Shown piece by piece: positions 17,661-28,129 of a DNA stretch of 64,000 bases; positions within the stretch are counted from its first letter, which is position 1, and each line of letters begins with the position of its first letter. The stretch is taken from positions 32,001-96,000 of the forward strand of contig JANNXA010000014.1 in NCBI GenBank assembly GCA_031409275.1. Direction: 5' to 3'. This stretch comes from Planctomycetota bacterium (GTDB taxonomy: Bacteria; Planctomycetota; B15-G4; SIAN01). A program made the position numbers and the translations under genes. The notes beneath the pieces were generated by a model. It had not been told where the DNA came from. It did no database searches and saw only the letters and a list, made by a program, of their open reading frames with translations.

Positions 17661-18413
17661 ATGGGATCTCTCGAAGGCCGCTGCTACGTGATCACCGGCG
17701 CCGGCAGCGGCATCGGCCGCGCCATCGCGACGCGCGTCGCCAACGCGGGGGCGACGGTCGTCCTGGTCGGGCGCCGTCGGATGTCGCTCGAGGCGTCGGC
17801 GACCGCGATCGAGCGGGCGGGTGGCAAGGCGGTCCTGGCGCCCGGCGACGTGACGGACGCTGCGACGTCGGCGCGAGCGGTGGAACTGGCGCTTTCCCGA
17901 TCCGGACGACTCGACGGATTCGTCCACGCCGCGGGTGAGGCGCTGCGTGGCGTGGCGCTCGCCGACACCGAAACGGCAGCGTGGGAGTCCACGTTCGCGG
18001 TGCACGTCGGTGCCTTGCGCCACCTCGTTCATCACGCGCGGGCGCACCTTCCCGACCGCGGCGCCTCGCTGCTCGCCGTGGCGTCGAACCTGGCGCTGCA
18101 GGGGCTCGCCGGAATGGTCGCCTATTCGGCCGCGAAGGGGGCAGTCACGAGCCTCGTTCGAGCGCTCGCGGCGGAACTTGGACCGCGCGGCGTACGCGTG
18201 AACGCGATCTGCCCCGGACTCATCGAGACGCAGGCGACGCGCGGCGACGCCGGGTTCGCGGCCAACGCAGCGGCGTTCGCAGCGCGCGCGCCGCTGCGAC
18301 GGATCGGCCAGCCCGACGAGGTCGCCGCCGCCGCGCTCTTCCTGTTGTCGGACGACGCGTCGTTCGTCACCGGCCAGGCGCTAGTCGTCGACGGCGGCTG
18401 CTCGATCGCATGA
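17661..18413 (+). CDS. Short-chain dehydrogenase/reductase (SDR)
   Basis: TGAGSGIG, YSAAK, VRVNAICPG, FVTGQALVVDGG; AGGAG RBS. Confidence 0.93.
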   Translation: MGSLEGRCYVITGAGSGIGRAIATRVANAGATVVLVGRRRMSLEASATAIERAGGKAVLAPGDVTDAATSARAVELALSRSGRLDGFVHAAGEALRGVALADTETAAWESTFAVHVGALRHLVHHARAHLPDRGASLLAVASNLALQGLAGMVAYSAAKGAVTSLVRALAAELGPRGVRVNAICPGLIETQATRGDAGFAANAAAFAARAPLRRIGQPDEVAAAALFLLSDDASFVTGQALVVDGGCSIA

Positions 18414-18444
18414 GTCGCCGCCGTCGCGAACCGGACGTCGCGGT

Positions 18445-18819
18445 TCAGCGCGCGGCTGCCATCTCGCGGCGGCCCGCGAACAGGCAGTTGACGAGCTCGA
18501 CCACCAGCACGCAGCGGCAGCCGCGACGATCGCTGCACGGACAGACCAGCGTGACCGTCTTCTGCGAGGCGCGCTCGCCGATCGAGCGCAGCTTCGCCGC
18601 CTGCGACCACATCTCGGCAACGTAGAGCGCCGCATGCTCGCGCCCGGTGATCCAACCGCGCCACAGCGCGAAGTCGAGCTTCACGCTCGGGGCAAGATCA
18701 CGCTCCCATGCTTCGCAGCGAGGGGTCAGCGGATCTTTCGGACGCACCCGGCTCAACAGCACGCGCTCGCCGTCCGCGTCGGATGCCGCGGACCGCAAGC
18801 TCTTCGTGCGCAGTTCCAT
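18445..18819 (-). CDS. DUF488/YeaO-like protein
   Basis: DGERVLLSRVRP...WERDLAPS...YVAEM...TVTLVC. Confidence 0.65.
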   Translation of the reverse strand: MELRTKSLRSAASDADGERVLLSRVRPKDPLTPRCEAWERDLAPSVKLDFALWRGWITGREHAALYVAEMWSQAAKLRSIGERASQKTVTLVCPCSDRRGCRCVLVVELVNCLFAGRREMAAAR

Positions 18820-18931
18820 GATCGATCCTCGCTGTGGCCAGGCCGCCGTCCTGGCCGCCCCTCTTTCCCGCGCAGCAGCGTAGGGCTCTCCGCGCGCGGT
18901 GCTACGGAACGAAACGCGGACACTACGGAGT

Positions 18932-19786
18932 TCATTTCCCGGCGAGCAGTTCCGCGACCGGCGCCGGAGCGAGGAGGAGCGCCGTCCCCCACGCTTCGAA
19001 CTGGTAGCGCCGACGAATCGCAACCGGCTCGCTCGCGCCACGACCGCGCGCCTCGATCTCGAACGCGACGATGGCACCCGCCACGACGCGAACTCGCAGC
19101 GTCCCGTGGTCGGGTTGAGCGGCGACGGGCGCCCCTTCGTCGACGGGCGTCGCCGGGGACTCCGCCGCCGATCGGCCAGCGCGCCGAACTCCCTCGCCGC
19201 GGAGCAGTCGATCGAGCGCCGCCGGCGTCAACGTCACCACGAAGTCGACGGGCGCGGCAGCGGCCGATGCGGGGTCGGCGGGCGGCGACGATCCGGGCTC
19301 CTTCACGACCGCAGCATCGGGCGAGACCAGGTCGGCGACGACGCTCGCTGGCGAGGGAATCCGCGTGAGGTCGGCGACCATGCGAGCGATCGCCCGCTGC
19401 TCGGCGTCGCCGGACGCGCGCCACTCCGCACGCAACGCGGCGTCGAGGGAGACCCACTCCTCGCGCCGCGTGAGGACGACGAGTGCGTCGCCTTGTTTCC
19501 AGAACTGCGCATTGCCGAGCTCGTAGTGAGCGATCCCGTTGCTCGCGAACGTCACTTCCCACGTGTGTCGCGCCACGCGCCCCTTCGGCGCGGAACGACT
19601 CCCGGCGGCTTCGTTCGAGCTTGCGGCCGCCTGCGCCGCCTCGACCGCGGCGACGTCGGGCGAATAGCGATAGGTGCCGCGATCGGCGGCGGCGAACCGC
19701 GCCACGCACTCCGCGAGCTCTCGCGCCGGCGTCGCTGTTTCCTGGCAAGTCGTCGCAACGACCGCAATCAGGCAGAACGCAAGCAT
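18932..19786 (-). CDS. Secreted hypothetical protein (paralog of 19887-20780)
   Basis: Hydrophobic N-terminus; block-wise similarity to the neighbouring gene. Confidence 0.7.
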   Translation of the reverse strand: MLAFCLIAVVATTCQETATPARELAECVARFAAADRGTYRYSPDVAAVEAAQAAASSNEAAGSRSAPKGRVARHTWEVTFASNGIAHYELGNAQFWKQGDALVVLTRREEWVSLDAALRAEWRASGDAEQRAIARMVADLTRIPSPASVVADLVSPDAAVVKEPGSSPPADPASAAAAPVDFVVTLTPAALDRLLRGEGVRRAGRSAAESPATPVDEGAPVAAQPDHGTLRVRVVAGAIVAFEIEARGRGASEPVAIRRRYQFEAWGTALLLAPAPVAELLAGK

Positions 19787-19842
19787 CCATGGCTCCGCGG
19801 GAATGGGGCGCTCGATCGAGCGCGGGCCGCCCCCGACTGAAT

Positions 19843-19875
19843 CGCGATCCCCGTGGCGAGGCCACGGGGATCGTG
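19843..19875. terminator. Strong intergenic hairpin (terminator or stabiliser)
   Basis: cgcgatccccgtggc-gag-gccacggggatcgtg just past the stop of 19887-20780; no U-tract. Confidence 0.5.
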
Positions 19876-19886
19876 AATGAAGCGGG

Positions 19887-20780
19887 TCAGATGTCGAGCA
19901 CCGCGATCGCTTCGGCCGGAGCGGCCACCGCGGTCGCGTCGATCCCTGAGAGCTTCATCGAGCGGCGCACGACGCGCGGCTGCGGTCCCTTGACGGTGAT
20001 CTCGATCTCGATCGTCGTGATCTGGCCGTTGCTGGCGACGGCGGTCATCTTGCCTTCGCAGTCGAGTTCGCGCGCGGCGCCTTCGCCCTTCGGTTCGGGA
20101 GCTTCGCCAGCCTCGCCCTTGCCACCCTCGCCGCCCTCGCGCTTGCCGCCTTCGCGCTTGCCACCCTCACGCTTGCCGCCTTCGCGACGCGCGCCGCGAT
20201 CGTTCGGCGCGCCGACGAGTTCGCGCGCAACGTCCTTGTTGAGCGTCGCCACGTAGGTCACGGCGCCGTCCTTTTCGCTGCGCGTGACATCGCCGATCTT
20301 CTTGCCGAGTTCTTTCACAAGCTGGTGCGGAAAGAGGATGCGGTCGATCTCGACCGCCATGCGCCCGAGCATCGGCGGCGCCTTCTCGGCCCCTTCGGCT
20401 GCGGCCGGAGCCGGAGCCGCTCCACGCGAAACGCTCGTCCACTGCTTGCTCTTCGGGTCGAGCATCGCGACCTTCTTCTCGCTGCGGAAGAACTCCGCTT
20501 CGCGATGGCGCAAGTGCAGCGGCTTGCCGCGCTGGAAGTCGATCTGCCACCCCTCGCCGTCACGAGCGCGACCCTTGCCAGCTTCGCCCTCGCCGCCCGC
20601 CGGCGCGGCGTCGCCCGCCTCGCCGCCCTCTTCCTTCGCGCCGCGCCCGCCCGCGGTGGCGTAGTCGAAGTGGTAGCTCTGGGCGGCTTCGAGTTTCTTC
20701 GCCGCCGCCGCGAGTTCGTTCTTCGCCGCTTCATCGAACGGCAGGAATCCGACAACGGATGCAACGAGAGCAGCGAGCAT
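19887..20780 (-). CDS. Secreted hypothetical protein with REGGK repeats
   Basis: Signal-like N-terminus, coding-like composition, paralog of the downstream gene. Confidence 0.75.
   Translation of the reverse strand: MLAALVASVVGFLPFDEAAKNELAAAAKKLEAAQSYHFDYATAGGRGAKEEGGEAGDAAPAGGEGEAGKGRARDGEGWQIDFQRGKPLHLRHREAEFFRSEKKVAMLDPKSKQWTSVSRGAAPAPAAAEGAEKAPPMLGRMAVEIDRILFPHQLVKELGKKIGDVTRSEKDGAVTYVATLNKDVARELVGAPNDRGARREGGKREGGKREGGKREGGEGGKGEAGEAPEPKGEGAARELDCEGKMTAVASNGQITTIEIEITVKGPQPRVVRRSMKLSGIDATAVAAPAEAIAVLDI
20130..20186 (-). repeat. 15-bp coding tandem repeat (REGGK, about 4 copies)
   Basis: Repeated cgcttgccgccttcg / cgcttgccaccctca units. Confidence 0.8.
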
Positions 20781-20889
20781 GGAGGAGATCCTTGCACAGG
20801 AATGTGGAGCGAAGCGGAGGCGCGGGAGGATACGCGCTGCGGGGCCAAGTGGTGGGAACGACGAAACTCACCGGTCCGTGCCGCGGCAC

Positions 20890-21252
20890 TCACGCGATGC
20901 GCTGAATCAGAACGCAGCCGATCAGTTCCACCGCGAACGCCACCTCGGCGACGAGTCGGAACAGTCCACCGCGCTTACCAAAACGAGCCAACGCCCAACG
21001 GTGCCAGACGACGAGCGCCGGAACGAAGGTCAGCGGCACGACCAGGAAGGCGACGATCCATTGCCGCAGGAAGGGTGACGCAGCTCGCCCCAGTAGCGGA
21101 GCGATCGCGGCCACCAACAAGGCGGCCGCCGCCAGCGTCGCGAGTCCGCCGAACTGCAGCGTCGCGAAGACGAGCAGACGATGGCGCCAGCGAAGCGGTT
21201 GCAGCGGCGCGGGTGGCGCGGCGTGAGGACCGCGGTCGTCGACAACGGACAT
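20890..21252 (-). CDS. Small membrane hypothetical protein (3 TM)
   Basis: Three hydrophobic segments; GGAG upstream of ATG. Confidence 0.55.
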   Translation of the reverse strand: MSVVDDRGPHAAPPAPLQPLRWRHRLLVFATLQFGGLATLAAAALLVAAIAPLLGRAASPFLRQWIVAFLVVPLTFVPALVVWHRWALARFGKRGGLFRLVAEVAFAVELIGCVLIQRIA

Positions 21253-21368
21253 GACGAACTCCGGTCCGCAGAGTTCGCTCGCGCCCTGCTCGTCGGACGC
21301 TGCGCCGGGGGCGAAGCGTCCGCGACGTCGAGTCGCGTGAGCAGTCGAACGATCGATCGAACGAAAAG

Positions 21369-21456
<88 letters not shown>

Positions 21457-21479
21457 AAGGGGGGCGTTGAAGGGCGGGG

Positions 21480-21507
21480 AGTGTACGGCGGCCTCGGCCC
21501 GTTGCAA
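21480..21507 (-). promoter_or_regulatory. sigma70-type promoter of tRNA-Leu
   Basis: Minus strand TTGCAA-N16-TACACT. Confidence 0.6.
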
Positions 21508-21553
21508 AGTGACTCTTCGCGAGGACTTCGAGCGACACGCGAGAGGGGGGCGG

Positions 21554-23458
21554 GTGAACGACGCGGATCACGGCCACGACCATGGCGGCGGCGCGCACGG
21601 CGGCATCACTCGTATCCCGGTCGGCCGCGCACTCCCGGAACGGCATGGCGTGCTGGCGTTCCTGCTGCTGATTGCCGCGGCGACGCTGGTGTCGGGCGGC
21701 TTTCTCCTCCACGCCCGCGACCTCCACGTTCCCGCCTGCTCGGAGCCGTGGGACGCCGCGATCTATCCGTGGAACTTCTTCTGGACCGGCGAGGCGCTGA
21801 CCGCCCACGACGGCTCGCTCCTTTTCACCCGGCGCTTCTACTGGCCCGACGGCGAGGGGCTCGGGCTCTACACCCCCACCTGGGTCTACGGCGTCCTTTC
21901 GCTCCCCTTCCAATGGCTGCTGCCGGCACCGGAGTCGCGCCACGTCGCGGTCGCCTTCCTGCTGTGGTTCTCGAGCGTCGCGACCGCGCTGCTCGGCTAC
22001 CGCCTCGCTCGCGATCTCGGCCTGCGCCGACTGGCGAGCCTGCTCGTCGCGCTGCTGGCGTTGACCGCGAGCGGCCGCCTGATGAACGCCGCGCGCCTCA
22101 ATCTCTTCTGCACCGAGTTCTTGCTGCTCTGGATGGTGGCCGGACTCGCCTGGTGGCGACGCGGCGGCGCGGCACGCGCGGCCGGTTTCGGCGGCGCGTC
22201 GGCGCTGCTGCTGCTGCAGAGCCAACCACTCTTCTTCCAGGCCGCATTGCTGTTCGGCGTGCTGTTCCTCGCCACGCTGCTGCGCCGCGCCGGCCGCGCG
22301 CAGATGGTCGCACGCGGCCGATCGCTCCTCGGCGCGATGGCCGTCGCGTTCCTCCTCACCGCCCCCTTCCTCGTCGAGATGATTCGCGAGCTGCCGAACT
22401 CGCCGGCGCTCGGTCAGGCGCTCGAGTTCACGAGGTTCCTTTCGCTCGACCTCGCCGACTTGTTTCAGCCGAACTCCGCCGACCGCTTCGGCGGCGCGAT
22501 CACTTCGCTGCTGCCGGAGCGTCCGATCTCCTTCTTCGAGCAGGGCGGACCGCTCGGCACGGTGAGCCACTTCCTCGGAGTCGGATGGATCGCGCTGCTG
22601 CTGCTCGCGCTGCTGGCACCGGCGCAGCGCGCCGGTCGCCGCTCCCTGCTCCTCGCGTTGGCGCTGCTGGCACTGGCCGTCGGCCCCTATCTGCAGGTTC
22701 GCGGCGAACCGCTGCTGCCGATGCCGTGGCTCGTGCTGCAGCAGGTCCCCCTGCTCGCCATCGAGAAATCGCCGACGCGGCTGATCTGGCTGGTGCAGCT
22801 CGCCGCGGCCCTCGCGGCCGCCTTCGCGCTCGACTCGCTGCTCGGCGCAGCGAATGGGCGCGCCCGCGGCCTGCGAGTCGCGCTCGCGGCGTTGCTCGCG
22901 TTGGCGACGCTCGTCGAACAAGGCGAGACGGTGCCGCTGCGATCCGTCGATCCGCGCCTCACGATTCCGCCCGAGATCAGCGCGCTCGCGCACGAGCTGC
23001 CGCCGCCGCTCGATCCGCGCGGAGGTTTCGCGGTGCTCGATCTTCCCTACGACGGCGTACCGCCGCACGGCACGACCTCGCACGGCGTCAACGGCTTCGC
23101 GATGGCGCTCGGCGCGGCGCACGAACGGCCGATCTTCTTCGGACTCTTCCCGCGCGCGTCGCGGCCCGGCGAAACCGAGCGCGCCGCGCGTCCGCTCTTC
23201 CAGGCGTTGGAACGCTGTCGAAACCTGCCGCCCGGCGAGCTCCTGGCTCCGCTCGCACCCGGCGAAGCGGACGCGATCCGCCGCGACCTCACCGAGCTGT
23301 CGATCGGAGCCGTACTGATCCACGACTTCGCCGTCGAACCGGAACGCAGCCCCGGCGAGCGGCAACGACTGCGCGAGTTGATCCGCGCGCTCGCCCCGCT
23401 TCGCGAACAGCCGCTTTCGATCGGAAAGGATTACACGATCACGCTGTTCCGTTTCTGA
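21554..23458 (+). CDS. Polytopic membrane protein, GT-C/YfhO-like glycosyltransferase candidate
   Basis: About 12 TM segments; D...YPWNFFW and FYWPDGEGL first loop; SLDLADLFQP, ALAVGP...MPW, SPTR motifs; C-terminal AVLDLP domain. Confidence 0.65.
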   Translation: MNDADHGHDHGGGAHGGITRIPVGRALPERHGVLAFLLLIAAATLVSGGFLLHARDLHVPACSEPWDAAIYPWNFFWTGEALTAHDGSLLFTRRFYWPDGEGLGLYTPTWVYGVLSLPFQWLLPAPESRHVAVAFLLWFSSVATALLGYRLARDLGLRRLASLLVALLALTASGRLMNAARLNLFCTEFLLLWMVAGLAWWRRGGAARAAGFGGASALLLLQSQPLFFQAALLFGVLFLATLLRRAGRAQMVARGRSLLGAMAVAFLLTAPFLVEMIRELPNSPALGQALEFTRFLSLDLADLFQPNSADRFGGAITSLLPERPISFFEQGGPLGTVSHFLGVGWIALLLLALLAPAQRAGRRSLLLALALLALAVGPYLQVRGEPLLPMPWLVLQQVPLLAIEKSPTRLIWLVQLAAALAAAFALDSLLGAANGRARGLRVALAALLALATLVEQGETVPLRSVDPRLTIPPEISALAHELPPPLDPRGGFAVLDLPYDGVPPHGTTSHGVNGFAMALGAAHERPIFFGLFPRASRPGETERAARPLFQALERCRNLPPGELLAPLAPGEADAIRRDLTELSIGAVLIHDFAVEPERSPGERQRLRELIRALAPLREQPLSIGKDYTITLFRF

Positions 23459-23534
23459 GTCGCAGGCCCGGTTGCCGATCAGGAGGCCGTGCGCCGCCAG
23501 GAAGAACCAAGGGCGGCGACGCGGAGATCGGGCG

Positions 23535-25946
23535 ATGACGATGCGCGTGGCAGGCGGCGCTGGGGCCGCGTTGAGCTTGATCCTCTGGGCGGGCTGCAGC
23601 CGTGACGAGGACGCAGCCGCGGACGCGCCTTCGCGGAATGCGAGTCTCTCGCCCCGCAAACCGGCAGCAGCTCCGGGGAAGACCGCCGCGAGCGCACCGC
23701 CAGCGACCCGAGCGCCGCGAGCCGAGCGCGGGCCCGTGCTCGTCGCCCCGGACTCGGAAGCGCCGATCGCGATCGAGCGCCCGCTGTTCGCGCGACTGCC
23801 GAGCAGCACGATCGGCGCGCTGCGCCTGCCTCGTCTCGACCTGCTCGGCACTGCGGCGCAACGCACCGCGATGCAGGAACTCCTCGACTCGCCCCAGTTC
23901 GCGGCCCTGCGCGAACCGGCGCAGGCGAGCCTCGACCAGGCGTTCGCGGAACTCCGTCGACAGTCCCCCGAGCTGCTGCCGTTGCTGGACGAATTGAAGC
24001 AGTCGACGGGTGAACTCGTGATCGCGTGGCTCGGCCTCGACCCGCTCGCCTTCAGCGGGAGCGGCGTCAGCGATCGCTTCCCGGTCACCCTCGCGCTCCT
24101 CCACGACGCCCGTTCCGGTGCCGATCGTCTCGACCACCTCCTCGATCAGGCGATCGCGAGCGCGTCCGGTCGCGTGAACGGCGCCTCGCTCGAGCTCGTC
24201 GCACGCACCCCGCACGGGTGGCTGCGGCGGCTGCGCCACGACGGGCTGCAGCTCGACTTCGAGCGTGACGGAACGACGTTCACGCTGAAACTCGGCCCCG
24301 ACACCGGCAGTGACGAACGGCCGCTGCCGCCGCTGGCGCTCGGCGAGTCGTTCGCCGCGACCGACGTGGTCCGCGCATGCGCCCCCACGCGCGCCGCGGC
24401 CACGCCGATCGTCGAGGGTTTCCTCCACCTCGAATCGGTCTGGCAGCTGTGCCAACGCGTCGGGACGCTGACTCTGGGCTCGATCCTGACGGACGGCGGT
24501 TTCACCTCGATTCGCGGCGTGGCAGCGTCCTGCTCGCTCGCGGAGACTGGGCTCGACGAGTGCATCCGTCTGGTCGCGCCCGAAGGCAAGGACTTGCTCA
24601 GCGCGGCGTTCACGGCGCGCCAGCTCGACGCCGCATTGGCGCGCTGGCTGCCAGCGGACGCCAGCTACGTTTCGCTCCAGAGCTTCGACCTCGCCGGAAC
24701 CTACGAACGAGTCATGGCGCTGCTTCCCGTCGCCGCTCGCACCGAGTTCGAGCAGCAGCTCGGCCAGCTCGCCACGCGCGACGGGTTCGATCTCAAGCGC
24801 GACGTCATCCAGAACCTCGGACCGACCTTCGCGACGATCGGCGGCGGGGACCTCCTGACCGCGATGCGAAGCGCGACGGCGCCCGAGTTCGCGCTCGCGA
24901 TCGAACTGCAGGACGGCGCTCGGCTGCGCCGAGTCGTCGAACAGGCGATGCGTGCCAGCGGCATGGGCACGCGCACGCGAACGCGGGCCCTCTGCGGCCA
25001 GCTGATCACGCGCTGCGAGCCGGTTCCGCTGCCGCTCGGCGAAGGCGGGCGGATGGTCTCGCTGGTCCCGCAGTGGTGGATCGGCGACCAGGCTCTGCTC
25101 TTCTCGACCTCGGACCGCGCGATGGAGCAGATGCTGACGGCGGGCAAGGACGAGAAGGCGCGTGGTCCGGCGCCGGTCCGTGACGCGCTGGCCGCGCAAG
25201 GGGAACACCTCTTCGGCCTCACCTACGACGAGACGCTCGGCGACCTCGGATTGACCCTGGCGCGCCGCACCGCAACCGGCCTCGAACTGCGAAGCTGCGG
25301 CGGCAAGGGCGCGATGACCCTGGTCACGGCCGCGCTGCTGACCGGCGTCGTGCCGGCGATCGCGATCCCGAAGTTGCTCGTGGCGCGGATCGAGGCGAAC
25401 GAACAGGCGGCGATCGCCAACCTGCAGGCCATCGGCTCGGCACAGGCGCTCTTCCACGAACAGGCGCGCGTCGACAGCGACGGTGACGGTCACGGCGAGT
25501 ACGCGACGCTCGCCGAATTGACCGGCGCGGCGGCGGCGCGCGGCGGCGGCTCCAAGGAGTCCCGACCGCTCGCTTCGGAACGGCTGCGGCCTGACGAAAG
25601 CGGGACGGCCGAGTGCAACGGCTACCGCTACCGAATCGACCTGCCGATGGCGTTGCGACGCGGCGGCGGCCCGATCCCGGTCGTCGTCGCCGAGCGCGCC
25701 GAACTCGAATTCGTCGCCTACGCATGGCCGGTCCAGCCCGGCACCACCGGCAATCGCGTCTTCGCGCTCGATGCGGAAGGGTCGCTCTGGACCTCCGACA
25801 ATCGTGGCGAACAGCAGGGCTACAGCGGCCTTGCACGCATGCCGCCGCAGGATGCGAGCGAAGAGCGCGACCGGGCGGAACGGGTGAGCGGTGTGACGGC
25901 GGTCCGGCGCGGGCGCGACGCCGGCGTTTGGCTCGAGCTCAAGTGA
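23535..25946 (+). CDS. DUF3352-like putative lipoprotein with C-terminal pilin-like/DUF2950-like domain
   Basis: Lipobox-like LWAGC; GFDLKRDVIQNLG; AIAIPKLLVARIEANEQAAIANLQAIGSAQ...NGYRY...FVAYAWPVQPGTTGNRVF. Confidence 0.65.
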   Translation: MTMRVAGGAGAALSLILWAGCSRDEDAAADAPSRNASLSPRKPAAAPGKTAASAPPATRAPRAERGPVLVAPDSEAPIAIERPLFARLPSSTIGALRLPRLDLLGTAAQRTAMQELLDSPQFAALREPAQASLDQAFAELRRQSPELLPLLDELKQSTGELVIAWLGLDPLAFSGSGVSDRFPVTLALLHDARSGADRLDHLLDQAIASASGRVNGASLELVARTPHGWLRRLRHDGLQLDFERDGTTFTLKLGPDTGSDERPLPPLALGESFAATDVVRACAPTRAAATPIVEGFLHLESVWQLCQRVGTLTLGSILTDGGFTSIRGVAASCSLAETGLDECIRLVAPEGKDLLSAAFTARQLDAALARWLPADASYVSLQSFDLAGTYERVMALLPVAARTEFEQQLGQLATRDGFDLKRDVIQNLGPTFATIGGGDLLTAMRSATAPEFALAIELQDGARLRRVVEQAMRASGMGTRTRTRALCGQLITRCEPVPLPLGEGGRMVSLVPQWWIGDQALLFSTSDRAMEQMLTAGKDEKARGPAPVRDALAAQGEHLFGLTYDETLGDLGLTLARRTATGLELRSCGGKGAMTLVTAALLTGVVPAIAIPKLLVARIEANEQAAIANLQAIGSAQALFHEQARVDSDGDGHGEYATLAELTGAAAARGGGSKESRPLASERLRPDESGTAECNGYRYRIDLPMALRRGGGPIPVVVAERAELEFVAYAWPVQPGTTGNRVFALDAEGSLWTSDNRGEQQGYSGLARMPPQDASEERDRAERVSGVTAVRRGRDAGVWLELK

Positions 25947-25967
25947 CCGCCGCCGCTCGACCCGCGG

Positions 25968-28001
25968 TCAGCCGCCGAGTCCGTCGTCGAAGTTGACCGG
26001 CGCGGCCAGACGCACCCGGATCCCGAGCTCACGCTCGTTCACGGTGAGCATCAGCGTCAGCCAGCGGAAGATCGACAACCCGGCGAGGTCCTTGCGCAGG
26101 GCCTCGGTCCGCGCCGGCAACGTCTGCTCCTTCCACTCTCGTTCGAGCGCTTCGATGCGCGTGTCGACCTCCGGATCGAGCTTGCGGCGCGCCGCCTCGT
26201 CGAGCCCCTTCCCCACCAGTTCGGGGTGCCGTTCGCGAATCACCTCGCGCTCGACGCCGCGTCGGATGGTCACCCAGTCGGGCCGCGTCTGCTCTTCCGC
26301 GAAGACGACGCACAGGTCGTCGATGACCTTGCGCAGGCGGTCGGACGAAGCGAAGACGAACCCCTGTCCGAATCCGTTCACCGCCTCCTGCGCCTGGCGG
26401 TACTGAAGCTCGGTCTGCAGCCCGACGTTGCGCCCCGATTCGACGTTCATCTTCTGCACCGAGATCTCGTCGAGCATCTTGCCGGTGGTGGTGACGACGA
26501 TGCACGGGCGCTTCTGCAGCTCGAGCAGCCCGATGCCGAACGACGGGAGATCGTCGTCGATGGTCTTCAACTCGTGGAACTTGATCTCGTCGAAACCCTG
26601 GTAGGTCCAGGTCCAGACGTTGGGGATCTCGCGCGGCCGCGCGCGCAGCGCGCTGACGATCGTGTCGACGAACTGCTGCGCGACGTCGCGATCGGCGACC
26701 GGGAAGACGAGCGCCACGCGCGGACCGTTGCGCGGATCGGGGTAGATGACGACGCCGGCGTCCGCGCCGGGCGGCGAGTAGGCCTCGTCGGGCTCGACGG
26801 CAAAGGCGATCTCGTCGCCGACGACCTGCGCGAACGAGTCGAGGAGTTCCACCGTCGACTTCGGCTGGAACTGGCCCGCCGCGAACTTCAGGTTCGGGAT
26901 GAAGTCCTCGTTCATCAGCTTGCGCAGCTCGGGCTCCATCAAGCTCTCGATGCGGCGCAACAGCTGGCGCACATCGAGCCGCAGGTGGCCGGCCAGCGCC
27001 ACCTTCGCGGGAAAGACCTTCCCGCAGAAGGACCACGACGTGGCGAGATCGTCGGTCGCGCCGTCGAGCACGCCGCCCGCCACCGGCGTCAACGCGGGCC
27101 GATCGACGGTCACGTTCGTCGTCCACTCGATCTGGTTGCCGAGCGCGACGCGGCCCATCGCGGCGCCGAAGAACTTCGGATCGAGCAGCGCGCGCGCGAA
27201 GCGCATCAGCAGCGGATCTTCAGGGGTCGCTGGCGGAGCGGTGATGCCGAACTGCTTGCAGGCCGTCGGAATGTCGACCACGTAGTCGATCGGACGACCC
27301 ACCGGCGAGGGCGCCATCACCGCGGAGCGATATTGCGGCGAATCATCGAGCGAGAGCGTGTCGCCCTCCGCGAGTTTGCGCATCTCGTGGACGAGGTCGA
27401 AGTCGTTGCCGGCGATCAACGCATCCTCGGAACGGGCGAGGTGCCAGCGCTCGCCGTTCACGGTCAGGCTGCTGACCCCGTCCTGTTCCTCGTATGCGGA
27501 GATCAGTTCGCCCTGCAGCTTGCGCACCATGGAGAAGCGCACGGCCTCGGCGAAGAGCTTGGTCCGGAACGAGCCGCGGGCGATGACGGCGACCGCGAGC
27601 GAGCCATCGGCGCGCCAACGGCCGCAGCAGAGCACCTCGCGTCCGGCGAGGTCCTTCATCAGATCGAGCGGCGCGATCTGCGGCGGCAGCGCGGCGAGAT
27701 CAGCGAACGCCTGCTCGATCGCCGCGGTCGGCGCGTGGTCGGCGAACCAGCGCGTCGCGGTGAAGCTCTTCCACTCGTCCTTGAGCCGCAGGTTGGCGAA
27801 GAATCGCGGCATGGGGAACGCGGTGAAGTCGCGCGCGAACTCGGCGCGCCGGAGCATGAAGTGGACGTCCTTCGGCACCAGCGGGTCGAGCGTCGGACGG
27901 CCGCCCGCGAAGGGGTCGAAGAAGACCGCCCGGAAGGCGACGTAGGCGATGACCAGCACGAAGAGAGCGAGGATCGCCACGATCTTGAGGAAGCGCTTCA
28001 T
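25968..28001 (-). CDS. Membrane-anchored hypothetical protein, DUF3352-like
   Basis: N-terminal TM; DLMKDLAGREV and ELLDSFAQVVGDEIAFAV repeats; coding-like composition. Confidence 0.65.
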   Translation of the reverse strand: MKRFLKIVAILALFVLVIAYVAFRAVFFDPFAGGRPTLDPLVPKDVHFMLRRAEFARDFTAFPMPRFFANLRLKDEWKSFTATRWFADHAPTAAIEQAFADLAALPPQIAPLDLMKDLAGREVLCCGRWRADGSLAVAVIARGSFRTKLFAEAVRFSMVRKLQGELISAYEEQDGVSSLTVNGERWHLARSEDALIAGNDFDLVHEMRKLAEGDTLSLDDSPQYRSAVMAPSPVGRPIDYVVDIPTACKQFGITAPPATPEDPLLMRFARALLDPKFFGAAMGRVALGNQIEWTTNVTVDRPALTPVAGGVLDGATDDLATSWSFCGKVFPAKVALAGHLRLDVRQLLRRIESLMEPELRKLMNEDFIPNLKFAAGQFQPKSTVELLDSFAQVVGDEIAFAVEPDEAYSPPGADAGVVIYPDPRNGPRVALVFPVADRDVAQQFVDTIVSALRARPREIPNVWTWTYQGFDEIKFHELKTIDDDLPSFGIGLLELQKRPCIVVTTTGKMLDEISVQKMNVESGRNVGLQTELQYRQAQEAVNGFGQGFVFASSDRLRKVIDDLCVVFAEEQTRPDWVTIRRGVEREVIRERHPELVGKGLDEAARRKLDPEVDTRIEALEREWKEQTLPARTEALRKDLAGLSIFRWLTLMLTVNERELGIRVRLAAPVNFDDGLGG

Positions 28002-28129
28002 CGGGTGGGTCCGGTACTCCTTTCCGCTGCGCGTTCGAGCGGCAGCGGCTCGCCTTGTGGGACGAAAAGGGCAAGGCTACATTCCCCGGGCTCTTTCGAA
28101 GGCTCGCTCTCCCGCACTCGGATGACCGC

